From Lama glama (taxonomy: Eukaryota): a stretch of 64,000 bases of DNA. Positions 11,549 through 24,559 of this stretch are shown in pieces. The notes under the pieces are model-generated. The model was not told the origin of the DNA and made no database searches. It saw nothing but the letters and a program-made list of their open reading frames with translations. Position 1 is the stretch's first letter, and every line of letters starts with the position of its first letter. The stretch spans positions 72,046,001 through 72,110,000 of the forward strand of contig CM052817.1 in the NCBI GenBank assembly GCA_028534125.1, in the 5' to 3' direction. Position numbers and translations under genes: made by a program.

Positions 11549-14204
11549 TTATATGACAGAGATATTCTGTCCTCCAGTAACAGCTTTAAAACCCACACCG
11601 TATTTGAGTTAATCTGAGCTAACAGAGGAGCAAAATTGATGGTCCACAACTAGTTCTAAGAACAACAGAGAGGATTGGAGCAGACTGGGAAAAAATATTT
11701 GACAAAATGCCTGTATTCTTAAAAAGTTGTTCAATGCTCTGGCCAGGGAAGTTGTGAGTGATTCTTAGAATCCACTTTTCAGAATCTTCAGTTTTGATTA
11801 GATCACTGGACCAGATGAGATACTTATAATGTTTCCGTATTGAATGTTGGAAAATGAGACCTATAAACAGAGCTATTTTTTACTTGTTTAATAAGAGATT
11901 GTGTGTGGGGTTTCTGGGTGTTACTGCCTGCTCTGATCATTTAAAGAATACCGCATAGAATTTGTGATTGTTATTTGTGTTTGATTACATGTAAGACATG
12001 ATGACATGAAGGACACTGAACGGTGCAGTGTCTGGTCTGTCTGATTTGGATCTTTTGGTGATGTTGGTTTTTCCATGCGTTCTTGTGACAACACAGCTTA
12101 CTCTGAAATACAATGATAAAGATGTTACTCTTCTGTACAGCCTCAGAATTTTTCTGCTTTAAATGCTTCTAAGTGATTCTTACTTTCAAGCTTTTTCTTT
12201 TACAGATGATAGCATTGCAGTCTAAAAGTATTTCTAATTGTGTTTACGTGCTCTGTCTTTTTTCTTATTGTCACTAATCCCAGCCTGATTGTATTTACTC
12301 ATTGCAATCTCTTTTTAAATTTAAACCTGAATCTACATTAATAATATATGTTTAGCAGTTCACATTTTTATATTTTCATATCCTTTACAGACCAGTTTTC
12401 TCTTATGTAATTGGGATCTGGTCCTTTACTGCAACCAGGTCTCACTTACTTACCTCTGAAATGGGCATTATTTATTCTAAGTCATATATCTCATTAGAAT
12501 TTAAGAGGATTATCATGTCCTCTAAAGGGCTTGAGCTCTTTGGAAAAAAATAGCTCCACAAATGCTGGGCATGATTTTTATTAATAAAAATATAGCTATC
12601 ACAGTGAATTAGTTATTCCTAGTTGTTCTCAGTTTGACCTTTACATATTATTTTTTTCTTCAATAAGTAGAATAGATTGCTGAAAACATTAGAATTTATG
12701 GATGAACAACCATGTTGGACTAACACTATATAATTCCGTTATTTAGTTCTGGTCAGCAATTCCTGTGCTAATGGCCCGAGCGTTATCTTATCTTTCAACA
12801 AGTTTTCCCTATTATTTCAGGTCTCTCTAGTAGTCGGAATTATATTATCTGAGATTAGTTTTATGTTCCAATACGTAATATTTTATTTTCAAAATCAGCT
12901 TAGACATTATTGCTTTATATTATAATTCATCATTATAGCATTACATACGAAAACAGATGTGGTTCAGTCCCTTCCCAGTGCGTATTCCTCGCCACAGGCT
13001 GACCCTCGCCTGTAGATATGCGTGCCCACCTCGTGTTCACGCTAATTGAAATTTGGAAACTCATCAGATGAAATATTCTTTTCTCTCATCCCCAAATTTA
13101 CCTCAAATAGAAATGACTTAGTTGTCATCTCCCCTCCACATTTTTTTTTCAATACTGAATTGTTTTGCAAAACCCAATTTGGCTGTGGATAGAGGGCAGC
13201 AGAATTTCATTTTGTACTTCTTGATTATTATTCTACTTGGTCCTTAATTATTAGGCATAATTAATTTTTTCTCCAGATAAAAAAATGTAGATAGGCTTCC
13301 TGTGCTGCTTTTTCTTACCTATTTTAACCTTATCACTCTGGCGCGTCTGCAGAGAATGAATCATTCGCCATTTGCACCTCTGTTTACTATAGATATTGTA
13401 ATCTTTCTGCTCAATGTTTATTAAAGAATTATTTGTCTTGTCTTCTCAGTGCTGCCATAAGCAAAGAATTGTGAGTCCTCAGTCTTCTAATCCTTATTTT
13501 GCATATCTTTGTTACAATTTTCCTTTTTTTACTTCTAGGATTACAGTTTTTTGTAATCCATAAAATAATGCACTTAGTATCTTTTCAGTTTGTTTCTTTC
13601 TAACAGATAATTTTACTATAACTTCATTCAGGTAAACCTGGCCCTGAGTTTACTGCTATGGAGATGCTTGAGCGCCAGCTGGCACATGCTCATGAAATCA
13701 TAACAAAAATAATGTCAATTTACTTTTCATGGCCATCGAGGGAATTTTGGGTACCATCTTACAGTGGTCCAGGGTATTTGTTGGGAGGATGCCCTGAGAG
13801 ATAATTGTCTTAATTGTTTTAATATAAATAGCATTTTCTCCTGCCAGAAGAGATTGCATGGTGAAAACACAGTAAAGTCTGAGTGAATAAAATGAGAAAG
13901 AGCTGATACTGGATTACATTTGTAATGGCTGCTAATAAAAGAAGACAATTCAGTTCTTTTTTACTGTGAAATAGATCATACATACAAAAGAGCATATACA
14001 ATGTATATCTACATTTAAAAAAGCAACATAAAATGCTTCAAGAATTTTCCTAAAATCCTTATAGAGAGCCACATCAATACTTGTTTCCTTTCTGTTTTCA
14101 CGTGGGACATGAGATTCATTTTTTCAAGAAAATCTTCAGCCTCACTGGTTTCTGAAACTCTCTTAGCATCTTTATAGATTTCTCCCTTTCTCCTTTCTCA
14201 CTCT

Positions 14205-14302
14205 TGGAGATTCTAATTGTCTGGCTAAGGCCTGGGCATTAGAATTTTAAAAAAATTCCCTAGGTGTTTCCAACGTGCAGAGACTCTGGAGAGTCACCCT
14301 GG
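14205..14302 (+). mobile_element. MER5-family hAT-Charlie fragment
   Basis: GAGATTCTAATTGTCTGG...GGCCTGGGCATTAGAATTTTAAAAAAATTCCCTAGGTGTTTCCAACGTGCAG. Confidence 0.65.
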
Positions 14303-14942
14303 AGTCTGGTGTGTTGTGCTGTTTTCTTGCGTCCATCTCTTCTTGCGTTAATTTCTTCCCCAGCTTCTGGATCTCTTGTCTCCTGACCGGCTCCCTCGTC
14401 TGTGAAGTTCTCCTCCGTGCCTCTTCTGTTCCTTATGGAATTCTCTGACATTTTAAGGAGAGTTGAGCATTTCTTACTTTGTGTATTTTCTTCAAATCTC
14501 ACTTAAGTCCCTTCTCACCCCATTTTGTATTTATTTGCTTATGGGAAATTATTGTCCACGTGGGGCCCTGTCCTTCCGTTTTGCGTTGTTGGAAGGTGGC
14601 ACGTAGCAGAGGTTTATTGCGTGGCTGCCAAGCGAGTTCTAGTCCATCCCATTTCTTCCCCAAACATCCTGTTTTTCTTTCTTCTGTTATAAATGACAAT
14701 AAAAGACCCACATTTCAAGTTAATTAGTGTGACTTAGATTATGTCCTTTGAATGGATTTTAAATTTGTGTCCTATACAAACTATAATAAAGTTTTCTTAT
14801 CAGTACTTAGTAAAGAATCTTTTCGATGGTCCCTGATCAACATAATTTATAAAAAGTGGCAAGAAGGTGTGCCTACGTTAGTTTTAGGTTGCGTTTCTGC
14901 ACTGTAATTTCTGTTTTACTCATCTCTAGCATCCTTGCTTTA

Positions 14943-15160
14943 GGGAGGTGGTGATGCATGAGGAAAATACGTAAGGCTTTGTAGTAACACAGACAGCACT
15001 TGGAATCCCCATCTGTCACTTAACAAGCTCCATGACCATGGTCAAGTTTCTTAACTTCTCTGGCCCTAGGGATTTTCCTCTCAAATTGAAAATAATAATG
15101 TCTACTATAAAGGGATGACGTGAGGAATAAATGAAATAATACATATAAGGCACTTAGATC
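14943..15160 (+). mobile_element. MIR SINE
   Basis: GAATCCCCATCTGTCACTTAACAAGCTCCATGACCATGGTCAAGTTTCTTAACTTCTCTG and GTGAGGAATAAATGAAATAATACATATAAGGCACTTAG. Confidence 0.8.
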
Positions 15161-16351
15161 CTATTAAAGGTGCAAACACTTTTGCAGCAGAATGATCTCT
15201 GTATTATTTAAATAAGATGTTTTATTTTGGATAATATATGTGGTAAATACTAACCACACACGTTCATGTGCTGATAATTTGGATCTCAGCAGTGTAGTGT
15301 GTACCTACTACTCAGTTTCACCTCTGCCCTTCTCTTTTTGGTTCAGTCATCACAACAATGGGACTGTCTTGCAATGGTAAACTTAAAGATTATAATAGTT
15401 AGAAGTATTGGTAGCACTTGTTGGTAATAATGATGGGAAGCACTGGTATACAGCACTGTGTATCTCTGAGGACAACAAAAAGAAAGCATCCCAAAAACCA
15501 TACATCAGAGGATTTGCACAATACGTAGAATCTGTCCTTAATGCTACTGAGGGGGGGAATGACTCCCTTCAGCGCCTGGCTTAATCTCCTTCTACATTCA
15601 CGTCAAAACTAGCTTATGTGCTCTGGCCAACCTGAGCCAGCTAACTTTTGCTTAGATTTTCTCTTTGCCACAAACTTGGCATTTTGTTAATGCCATCTCT
15701 CAAATTGATTCTGAGCTAACTGATTAGAAAAAAAGTAATACAAAATCAGTTTTATGTTTAGTTAGTCTTACAGGACTATCTAGCAAGATTTATGAAGCCT
15801 CCCACCACCAAGTTCATTAATAACATGATATATAAATGGAAACATTTAAAAATCATTTCTTTTCTTTTGTAATCAATGGATATTTCATATTATTATTATT
15901 TTTTTCTCTGTCAAACACAGGTCAGTGCTTGTATTAACAGGATTTTAAAACCCAGTTAAATCTGAGAGTGACTTAATAGTTATTTTGCGTTGAAAAGATA
16001 ATGGGCTTCATTTCAGGGTCAGGCACTGTGAGTTCAAGTTCTACCAAGAAGTACACAAAGGAAACTGTGGGGGCACTGCCCAGTTTTAAAACACGAATCA
16101 CTAAAAAAAGAGAGATCCTGAAGTTTAAAATAACAGCATGCAGATTTCTTTATAGAATTTAAAGAATGGAAAACACTTGCAAAAATATCAGCAGGCAGGG
16201 GCAGGAAGAACAAACGGTAACCAAATTGGTTCCTGTGACAAACCATAACATTTACTTTAAACCATCAGCGTGCTACTCAGTAAAAGGCAGGCTACCACTT
16301 TTTTAATAGATCCCAGGCCTTGTTAAACTCACTGGTCTGCAAGAATTACCC

Positions 16352-16368
16352 AGGTCAAGAGCAGGTCA
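16352..16368 (+). promoter_or_regulatory. Perfect DR5 nuclear-receptor element (candidate RARE)
   Basis: AGGTCA AGAGC AGGTCA in sequence with no recognisable repeat; motif only, function untested. Confidence 0.45.
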
Positions 16369-17545
16369 AAAAGTGAAAACCCATGTGAAAGTAAACTCTG
16401 AAATATCTGCTTTTGAAGAAGCCCAGCAGACTGTCTCCTCTGTAGTAAATACACTTCCTTTTTGTGTATGATATTGTTCAATATACTGTACTTAAAATAC
16501 ACGCAGGTAACAGTCACAGCAATACACTACTTTATAGCCTGTCTCCTAAGTGCAGGGCTGACTTCTCCAGTAGTTTGTGAAGCTTTCTTAACTTATTTGC
16601 TTCCTAGAGCCTTAAAAAATAATTTGAAAATCCCCTAAATTTCATAAGGAAAGAAAAATGTTGTGGCTCGGCTTGGAGCAGTCGCCTCTATTTTGTTTCG
16701 AAATAGCTACGCTCTATTTAAAACTAGAGCTGTGATTTCCTCACCGGCAGAATAAAGAAGCAGGAGGGTGACTCACTGTGGAATTTATTTGCCTGGTAAA
16801 CTGGGCATTAATCTGGCCTACAATACACTTGCTCCAGATTTTGTTCAAGTGTAAGGTCATACTGTGAAGCTGTTTTTCATTTTGTTTTATATGTGTTAAT
16901 ATAATGCCTTATGAATTACCCTAGAGTTTTGTTCTGACAGCTAAAAAGCATAATCGTTTTTCCTTTCAAGGGGATTGAAAGCAAAGCAATTGACTGGATA
17001 TTTGAAATGATTTATCTAAGATCCTTTCTCTCACATCTTGCCTTAATGTTGGTAGAGAATATTCTTTGAGTCTTTACTGGTAGCATTGTATTTATCAAGC
17101 TCTTTGCCTCTTTGCCTGTTTCTCAAAATTGAGTCCATCTTAGGGTCTGATCTTTTAGAGTTTATTGGCAAAACTGCCTACAGAGTTAATGGGCAACATA
17201 CTATGATTTTGATAGGAAAGAAATAGTCTCTCGAGATTTAAATCAGAGTTCTCTCCATAGAAAAAACATGAAATCTTTTTCTATTTTCCAAAGAAATGAA
17301 TGATGAGGTTTTTTATGCATTTGACTATAGAGATGAAGTGCCTGCCTACAATGGCTGTCAATTAATAGTATTAATTGTAAAAGACACAGTGTCATTCTCA
17401 ATGTGAGGACGTGAAGAAGACAATGTATCATCTGTGAAAAAAGTTTCCCTGAATACGTGTAAAAGTAATGAATGCATCAGAGTATATAAGATGGGTGCCC
17501 AATGATGATGCTGGTGGTGGTGGGAGGTAGTACTCATTATATAAG

Positions 17546-17775
17546 AACAGCTAACTGTTACTGCGTACTTATCGTGTACCTGGAATTCTCCAAAGGTGTT
17601 ATAGTGTTAATTCATCTAATCTTCACAACAACCATATAAGGTGTATAGTATTATCATTCTCATAAGGACAGAGAGATTAAGGAATTTGCCCAAAGACACA
17701 GAGCTAGTAAGTGCAGCTTATGGGTTCAAACCTAGTAATCTGGCTTCAAAGTCTGTGCTTTTAAACACCATGCTA
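17546..17775 (-). mobile_element. MIR SINE
   Basis: TTAATTCATCTAATCTTCACAACAACC and CAGAGAGATTAAGGAATTTGCCCAAAGACACAGAGCTAGTAAGTG...TTCAAACCTAG. Confidence 0.85.
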
Positions 17776-18589
17776 AGTGTCAAAAGATTTAAGAGAATTT
17801 GAGAAGATTTCAGAGGGAGAAGAAATCAATTCCCATGAGGGCTACTAAGGAAGGCTTGGTGCAGAAGGCGGGCTTCAGTTCATTTTGGAGACTGAATAGC
17901 GAGATCCTGGTTGTACGCCCGTGGGGGCTGTGGCTGCCTCTGTCACCGCTGTTCCCTGGGCACACAGCCCGGGACTGGTGCACACAGACACACGATGATT
18001 AAATAGGATCTGGATGGCTAGGGGTCACCTGCATGCTTGCTGAGCTGGCAATACCTCTTAATATTGCATTTGACTCTGTTTAGCTGGATGTAGACTTTAA
18101 AAAAGTACCCATAAAGTATAAATGCACATATGCAAGATCTGTTTAAACTTTTCTCTAGTGAAAATATTTCTTAAAAGCCGACATGACTCTAGTTACTCTG
18201 TTCACTTTTCTGTCTGCTTGGTATAGTTCTAAGAACTACAAAGAACTGGTTTGTATTTGTTTGTGTCCTAGCTCTTTAATATTCACTTGCTCTCTTCTTC
18301 TATTTTCTACTTCTCTAGACCAGAATCATAGTAAGACATTTTATTTCAAATTTTGGCTCTTTTAAAAAAAAATCACAGTAATCCAGTTAACTACTAGCAA
18401 CAGGTAAACAGATGATAGGAGGGAGACAAAGCAATAAAGGAGATCCAGATATACTGCTTAAATATTCCAATAACACTACATGTAGTGTTTTAGGAATCAA
18501 CACGGTTTTTGTTGAAGATCTCCAAAGTCTTTGCCTGCAAGATAGCCTTTTGGTATATATAAAATAAATCTATGAAAACTATATTTGGT

Positions 18590-18810
18590 ATTTGTTAAGA
18601 ATAATGGTTTTGGAGTCAGACACTTGTGGTTTAAAATCCCAGCTCTCTTGCCTTCTGATCCAACGACAAGAGGCAAGATGGTTAAACTCTTTGAATTTCA
18701 AGTTATTTATGTTTCATAGGATTTTCACAAGAATTACATAAAATAATATACATTATTTTAATATATAAATGCTTAGCATGGCACCTTATGCATGGAAAGA
18801 ATCAATGGTG
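18590..18810 (+). mobile_element. MIR SINE
   Basis: GTTAAGAATAATGGTTTTGGAGTCAGACAC...AAATCCCAGCTCT head; AAATGCTTAGCATGGCACCT tail. Confidence 0.7.
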
Positions 18811-18859
18811 GTGGCAGCTGTAACGGTACTTGTTATTATCACCTTTAAATATGGAAGAA

Positions 18860-19450
18860 ATAAAAAAAGTGGTTCCTATAATTATGCTGGCTGGGTCCTT
18901 CAAGAAGCTTTCAAGGGGAAGGTGGACCTTAAGGTGAAGGGAGGAAGAAAGGAGGGGGACGCATTCCAGCAAGAGAAAGATCATGGCCATAGAAATAGAG
19001 GAAGCCTTAGAAGTTGGTCAGCTTGGTGAGAAGTGAGAGCATTAGACCCCGCCAGGCAGGCAGGTGGCCAGTGTTAATGGCTCTCCTCCATGATGTCCAG
19101 ATGTGCAGGTGCAGACTTGCAGTCTTTCTGAACATAAATGAATAGTTAATTAATGGCTCCTATGAGGAGATGAGAGAAAATTACAGTGGTCTTTTAAGAA
19201 GTTTTGATCTGGTTGGGATGTGGGTGGAATGGAGCAGGAAGGAGCTCCAGGTAGGAAGGCCAATCTCAAGGCTTTGGTGTAATTGTCTAAAGATGATTTG
19301 GTGAGTCTCTCACCAAATGAGTTTGGAGGCAGTAGGAATGTGAGGTGAGGAGACCAGGAATCTGAGACACTCTTCAAGGAAAGAAGAAATGACTTGGAAT
19401 ATAGGAGAGATGTCGAAAATGAGAAAGTCAAAGAACCCACAGATTCTAGA
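18860..19450 (-). mobile_element. L2 LINE remnant
   Basis: GCATTCCAGCAAGAGAAAGATCATGGCCATAGA and other purine-rich antisense L2 motifs. Confidence 0.55.
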
Positions 19451-19464
19451 CTTTGTTGTTTCTT

Positions 19465-19664
19465 TTCTTTTTTTGCATTTTTTCATTGAAGTATATTCGA
19501 TTTACAATGGGTTAATTTCTGGTGTACAACATAATGATTCATTTATACATATATATATATTTCTTTTTATATTCTTCTTCATTATAGGCCATTACAAGGT
19601 ATTGAATATAGTTCCCTGTAGAACAGTAGAAACTTGCTGTTTATCTATTTTACATATAGTAGTT
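19465..19664 (-). mobile_element. 5'-truncated L1 3' end
   Basis: T-rich tail, then TTGAAGTATATTCGATTTACAATG...ATAGGCCATTACAAGGTATTGAATATAGTTCCCTGT...TTTATCTATTTTACATATAGTAGTT. Confidence 0.9.
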
Positions 19665-22359
19665 CTTTTTTGAAACTTTAGGCATTCTAACATTTAAAAA
19701 TTACTATCCTAAAATATTTTAGTGATCACTGTCCAATGACATTGTCCTGCAGCTCTTGTAAAATACTGTGATGATGTGAAAGGTTAACTGAACTGAGAAT
19801 TTAAAGTTTAATATAAATAACTAGGTTTTCTAAATCTTATCAAGTCTTGAACCACTTTGTTTAAATTGAGTTTTATCATAACTATCTTTCCTTTAAGTAA
19901 ATTACTTTCTGATGTGCTGGGGGAAAAAAATCCTCTTGCATTAACCAGATAAAGTAACATCAGTTTGCTTTTGAAATTATTCTTTTTATTATCTCACCAC
20001 TCCTTTTTTTCTGAAAAGTGAAACCAAAAAGCAAAAAAAAAAAAACAAAAAAAACCCCGAATCTTAAGACAATATAATTAGATCTTTAATCATCTCAAAG
20101 TAGAACAAAGATAATTCTAAGTAGAAGGTTGGGATCTTTTACAAATGGGGGGAGGGGATTTGTGTAACATGACTCAAGCTGATGCACTTGAAACCTGACC
20201 AGGAAAAAGTCACTTTCTCAGAGGGTAAATACATTATTCATATTGGGAGGGGGGGGGTGGGTCGTGTGGTCCAGCATCTCATTTTTAAAAGCTGTAGGTC
20301 TCTTATGAATGCCAGCGACATTTGTGCAGTCTGTTTTAGCATTTTGCTCAATCCAGTCCAGGTATTTCTACAGCAAATACAGTTGCACTGAATTAACGCT
20401 GCTGCCTTCAGTGGCTAATGACAAATAATGAAAAGAAAGAGCCACAGAAATAAAACTATAAAGACAGGGCCAACAGCTGAAAACTATTGATTCTTTTTTT
20501 ACCTCATCAAATTTCTCTTTTTCACTAGTTCACTCAGGGCCACTATTTTAAAATGTACACTTCAGAATGAAACTGAAATGACCTAATTTCTGAAGTGGAT
20601 GGAAAACTCTTATTTTAGCTTTACATACATACCAGAAAGCAGAGTTAACACAAGTTGGATGTTTTACTATTTCCCAAATAAATATATTTTGTTGTCATTC
20701 ATTTTAATTTACACAATATCTTAAATCCTTGATATTTGGTGAATATGAGGTATCATTTTATAAGCTGTATATCTTACGTTATAAATCAGTCATACCATTT
20801 AGAACTTCGGCACATAAGTTCAAAAATAAGAAAATAAAAATTTCAAGATGACTCAAGACAATACAATGAGGTAACAGTTGTCAAGAAATAATCTGTTACC
20901 GGTTTTTATGAATTTGGTTTAATTGGAACTTCTTTTTGAAAATTACAGCAAGTGTGATACTCAATGAAAAACTGTTTAAACAATTCGTTCTTTCTGATTC
21001 TGCATTTTCTCTGCTTTCATGAGGGAAGAAAACTGTCTAGAGATGAAGAATGGGAGCTTGTTACTGACTTTGCACCATTTCTGAGGTAGAACCCCAGTGA
21101 CAATCTCTTTTAATCTTTGCGTTTAATTATTAATTATTCTGTTTGTTTGGCTTTCCTATCCAGCAGTATTGTTATGGAGACTACATGGCACTATTCCGTC
21201 TCATCAGGGAGCATGCATTTTTATTTCTTACCTAAGACTACCTTCAATCCAGTTGGAGAACAGCCTGAGATGTGTGGCAATGACATGCAAAATAATTGCT
21301 TTTTCTTAATCTTTAGACACGGAGTCATCATTTAGAGAAGCTCGGTGGTTGTTCCTCTACAGCCTGGATAACGTCCTTTGTATTGAAAAATCACACTGGA
21401 GACTGTTTATTTACAAGGGTCTAAACATGCGTATCTTTATGGCTTTCTCCTGTCACAATGAATCACCAGCTGTAAGTTGTCCTTTGTTGGTTTTAGTAAA
21501 AATCAAATGAAACCCAGCAGGAGATCTCAGGGTGCATTGTCCACAAGAGTAAAAATGCTGTGTTGATGACAGATCATACTGTTTTTATTAAAGCTAAGAA
21601 CATTGACTTGACTTTGCTTTTTGACCCTGGTACTCTACTGTCAAGGTGATTTTATTTCTACAAATTTTCCTTCTGCTGGCCTCATCAATGATTCACCATA
21701 AAACATTAGACAAATTCCCATCATATGTATACAATTATAGCAAGTTCTGTTGTGCTGCTCACTGAAACTAAAAAGATGTTGTTCAGCTTTGTCTAAACAG
21801 GCGTCAATTTACTAGTACTCCCGCCTTGCACAGTAGCTTCTTATTTTAACACCAAATTATAAAATGATACAGAGTCAATGCAAAGCATCCTGATATGACA
21901 TTTAATACCCTTTGCTAAAAACTTCAGCTAATCTTCATATATTTTTAAAAAGAGAAAAAAATAATGTATTTAGCAAACAATAACTCGTGTATGGGCAGGA
22001 TATGCAGGATTATCTGTAGCTGATCTCTTGAAGACATAAGTGTAGTGAATCTCTCAGTCCTCAGATCTATGACGTGTGTTATATTTAGAACATTATTTAT
22101 ACACATAACTTTAAAAGTAACAAGATTAAATAGAACTGCACACAGGATTCTAAAGCCATTAAAACTGCCGTGCCACTAGGGATCTGCCGAAGGACAGGCT
22201 CTCCGATGCATCTTCCTCTTTGTCATCTCAAATTGGTTTTCATCGTAGTTCTCTGGTGTAGTGCTAGTCTATGCCCTGAAACAATTATATACACAATGAG
22301 AGGCATTTAGTTCATATTTTCAGAGCACATATATTCTATAAGATTATACAATAGCAATA

Positions 22360-22575
22360 AAAAATAATAGTAACCATTAACTGAGTGTCTGCTAAGTTCA
22401 AGGCACTTTTCGTACATGATCTCACTTAAGATCAACCTAGCGTTGTAGCTGTAAGGATGATAAAACGGAGTCTCAGATCTCAGAATGATTAAGTAGCTTC
22501 TCTAAGATTTCAGAACTAATAAGTGACAGAATAGAGAATTGAATGCAGATTTGCCTAACTCAGAGCTAATGCTTT
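22360..22575 (-). mobile_element. MIR SINE
   Basis: TAACCATTAACTGAGTGTCTGCTAAGTTCAAGGCACT and GATTAAGTAGCTTCTCTAAGATTTCAGAACTAATAAGTGACAGA. Confidence 0.7.
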
Positions 22576-24014
22576 GCTGTCCTATCCTTTTCTTTGGCTG
22601 ATAAGGAAAAAAAAAAAGAAAGAAAGTAACAAAAAGGTGAGAAACCCAGCAGTCTAACTTCAGCCTAGCTCCACGCTTCTCACTGTTGCAATAGGCTGTC
22701 ACTCTGAGAAGTCTGGATCACACACTGCTCTTCCTAAATGGCTTCAACTTTCTTAAAGATTATGTGGCAATATTTCATTGTATCAATTGAAATACTCCCC
22801 AAAGCCCTGACCCATTATTTTAACCTCATCCCCTAATATGTCCTTTCAAATGTCCTGCATTTTGAATCCCAACAGTTTGGTCTTCACAGTAGTTGCCAAT
22901 ACACCCTTTGTTCTTATTGGAGAAAAACGCCTTCCTTCACTCTTGGTTTCCATGAGGAGAGATTTTCCCTCAGCACAATATTGGTCTTTTTCTGTCCCTT
23001 CCTTCTCTACCTCTGGGAAGATGGAGTAACTTTCCTGATGAATGCCTTTGGGAGGGATGAGCTCAGCATATCTCTGCCCTTCTTTAATTATGATCTAACT
23101 GCTGAGTTTGAGCCCTTTTGGTGCCAGGGCGCAGGTTTGGGGTTGCTGCCATCGGCTAGGTCAGCCTGCCTAACTCTGGGATTCCATTAGCAGGCGCATT
23201 TGGTTCTTGAACTAAGCTGCATCTTTCAGTGTGGCATCTATCAATAATGAAGTCCATATTTTAGCTTATTCTTTGCTTTATTTCTCAACACGCACAGAAC
23301 CTGGATGGGGAAGAGTGTGCTATTGACTGAGGACTCTCTCTGAGATTCCAAGAATGCTGTCCCCTCTAGCTATGTGACCTTCTTCAAAATCCATATAACC
23401 AAGACCCATTTAACACTCAAGACCTTCGTAAATGCCCTTTCTCTTGCCAAGTTCCCTATTTGACAGCCTCATGTGAATAGAATCTTTCCTTCCCTAAACC
23501 TCCTTAGTAGTTTGCTGTTACTTCTTCAAATAATATTTATCTTAGCTCTTATCTTTCATTTATTTATTCACTTTATAAATTTGAAACTACACTCTGTGCA
23601 CTTTCCTCATTCCTGGGGTTCCAGCGGCCCACAGGTCAGATGGGGCCCCTACCTTTCTTGAATTGTTAGCTTTGGGCAGCAGGTACAGATTGAAAAGTAA
23701 TGGCAAGTGGTGTGAATGGTAAATGGAAGGGCAGGGTGCTATGGCGCCGCGTATAGCAGGGGTGGCAAACCTAGACTGGGACATGGTCAAGGCGGCGGTC
23801 AAGGTCGCAGCCAGGCTGCAATCCTTTCCAGAATCTGAGGACCTCTTCTAAGCTACCAAGCCACTTTACAAAGTGACTTTTAGGCCAATACTTGAAAAAT
23901 GAGTAGGAATTAGTTGGATGAATGGACTAGATGTCTAGGGGGCAGAATATTTGTTGAATTGAGTTATTTTTCTTGAAAGTGAGTTCTCCTAATCTTTACT
24001 TGAGAATACTCTAT

Positions 24015-24250
24015 AAGTATTACTATTTTGTGTTTATAGTACACCAGGTACTGTGTTAAACATTACACACACATTAGTTTATTTTATCTTTCCTTAACTT
24101 TATTATGGCACTATTATCTCAGTTTTACCGATAATGAAACCAGATTCAGATACAGTAAGTAACTTGTCAAAGGTTGTAAAGCTAATTGGTGGCAGAGCCA
24201 GGGAGCCAGGAGTCACCTCACTCCAGAGCCCTCTCTTTCTACGACAGTGA
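24015..24250 (-). mobile_element. MIR SINE
   Basis: ACTATTATCTCAGTTTTACCGATAATGAAACCAGATTCAGATACAGTAAGTAACTTGTCAAAGGTTGTAAAGCTAATTGGTGGCAGAGCCAGG. Confidence 0.85.
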
Positions 24251-24284
24251 CTGTGACGGCTGCTGCTACTGCTGAGCAAACCTC

Positions 24285-24515
24285 TCATCAGTGTTTACTA
24301 CAGGCATTCTTGTCCTAATGGCTTTACGCACAGTGTCTTATTCAACCCTCAGAAGAGCCCTGTGATGTTGATAATATTATTTACTATCCCTGTTTTAAAG
24401 AGAAAGATGTTCAGGCACAGGGTGGTTAAGGAGCTAAGTTCACAGAGCTCGAAGGTGGTGGAGCCAGGATCTGAACCTCAGCAGTGCTCTCTAGGGCTCA
24501 AATTTCTTAATCATA
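24285..24515 (-). mobile_element. MIR SINE, second copy in tandem
   Basis: ATCCCTGTTTTAAAGAGAAAGATGTTCAGGCACAGGGTGGTTAAGGAGCT...GGTGGAGCCAGGATCTGAACC. Confidence 0.8.
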
Positions 24516-24559
24516 CTCTTCAGGAAAAAATTCCCAACTATAATAAAGATGTTTGCCTA

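Noticed and set aside
13632..13805. Open frame GKPGPEFTAMEMLERQLAHAHEII... after a CAG
   Set aside because: Unrecognised peptide, weak acceptor, ends in a stop, and no partner exons.
16350..16471. Open frame QVKSRSKVKTHVKVNSEISAFEEAQQ...
   Set aside because: Short, no good splice sites and no recognisable homology; the DR5 motif is the better-supported signal here.
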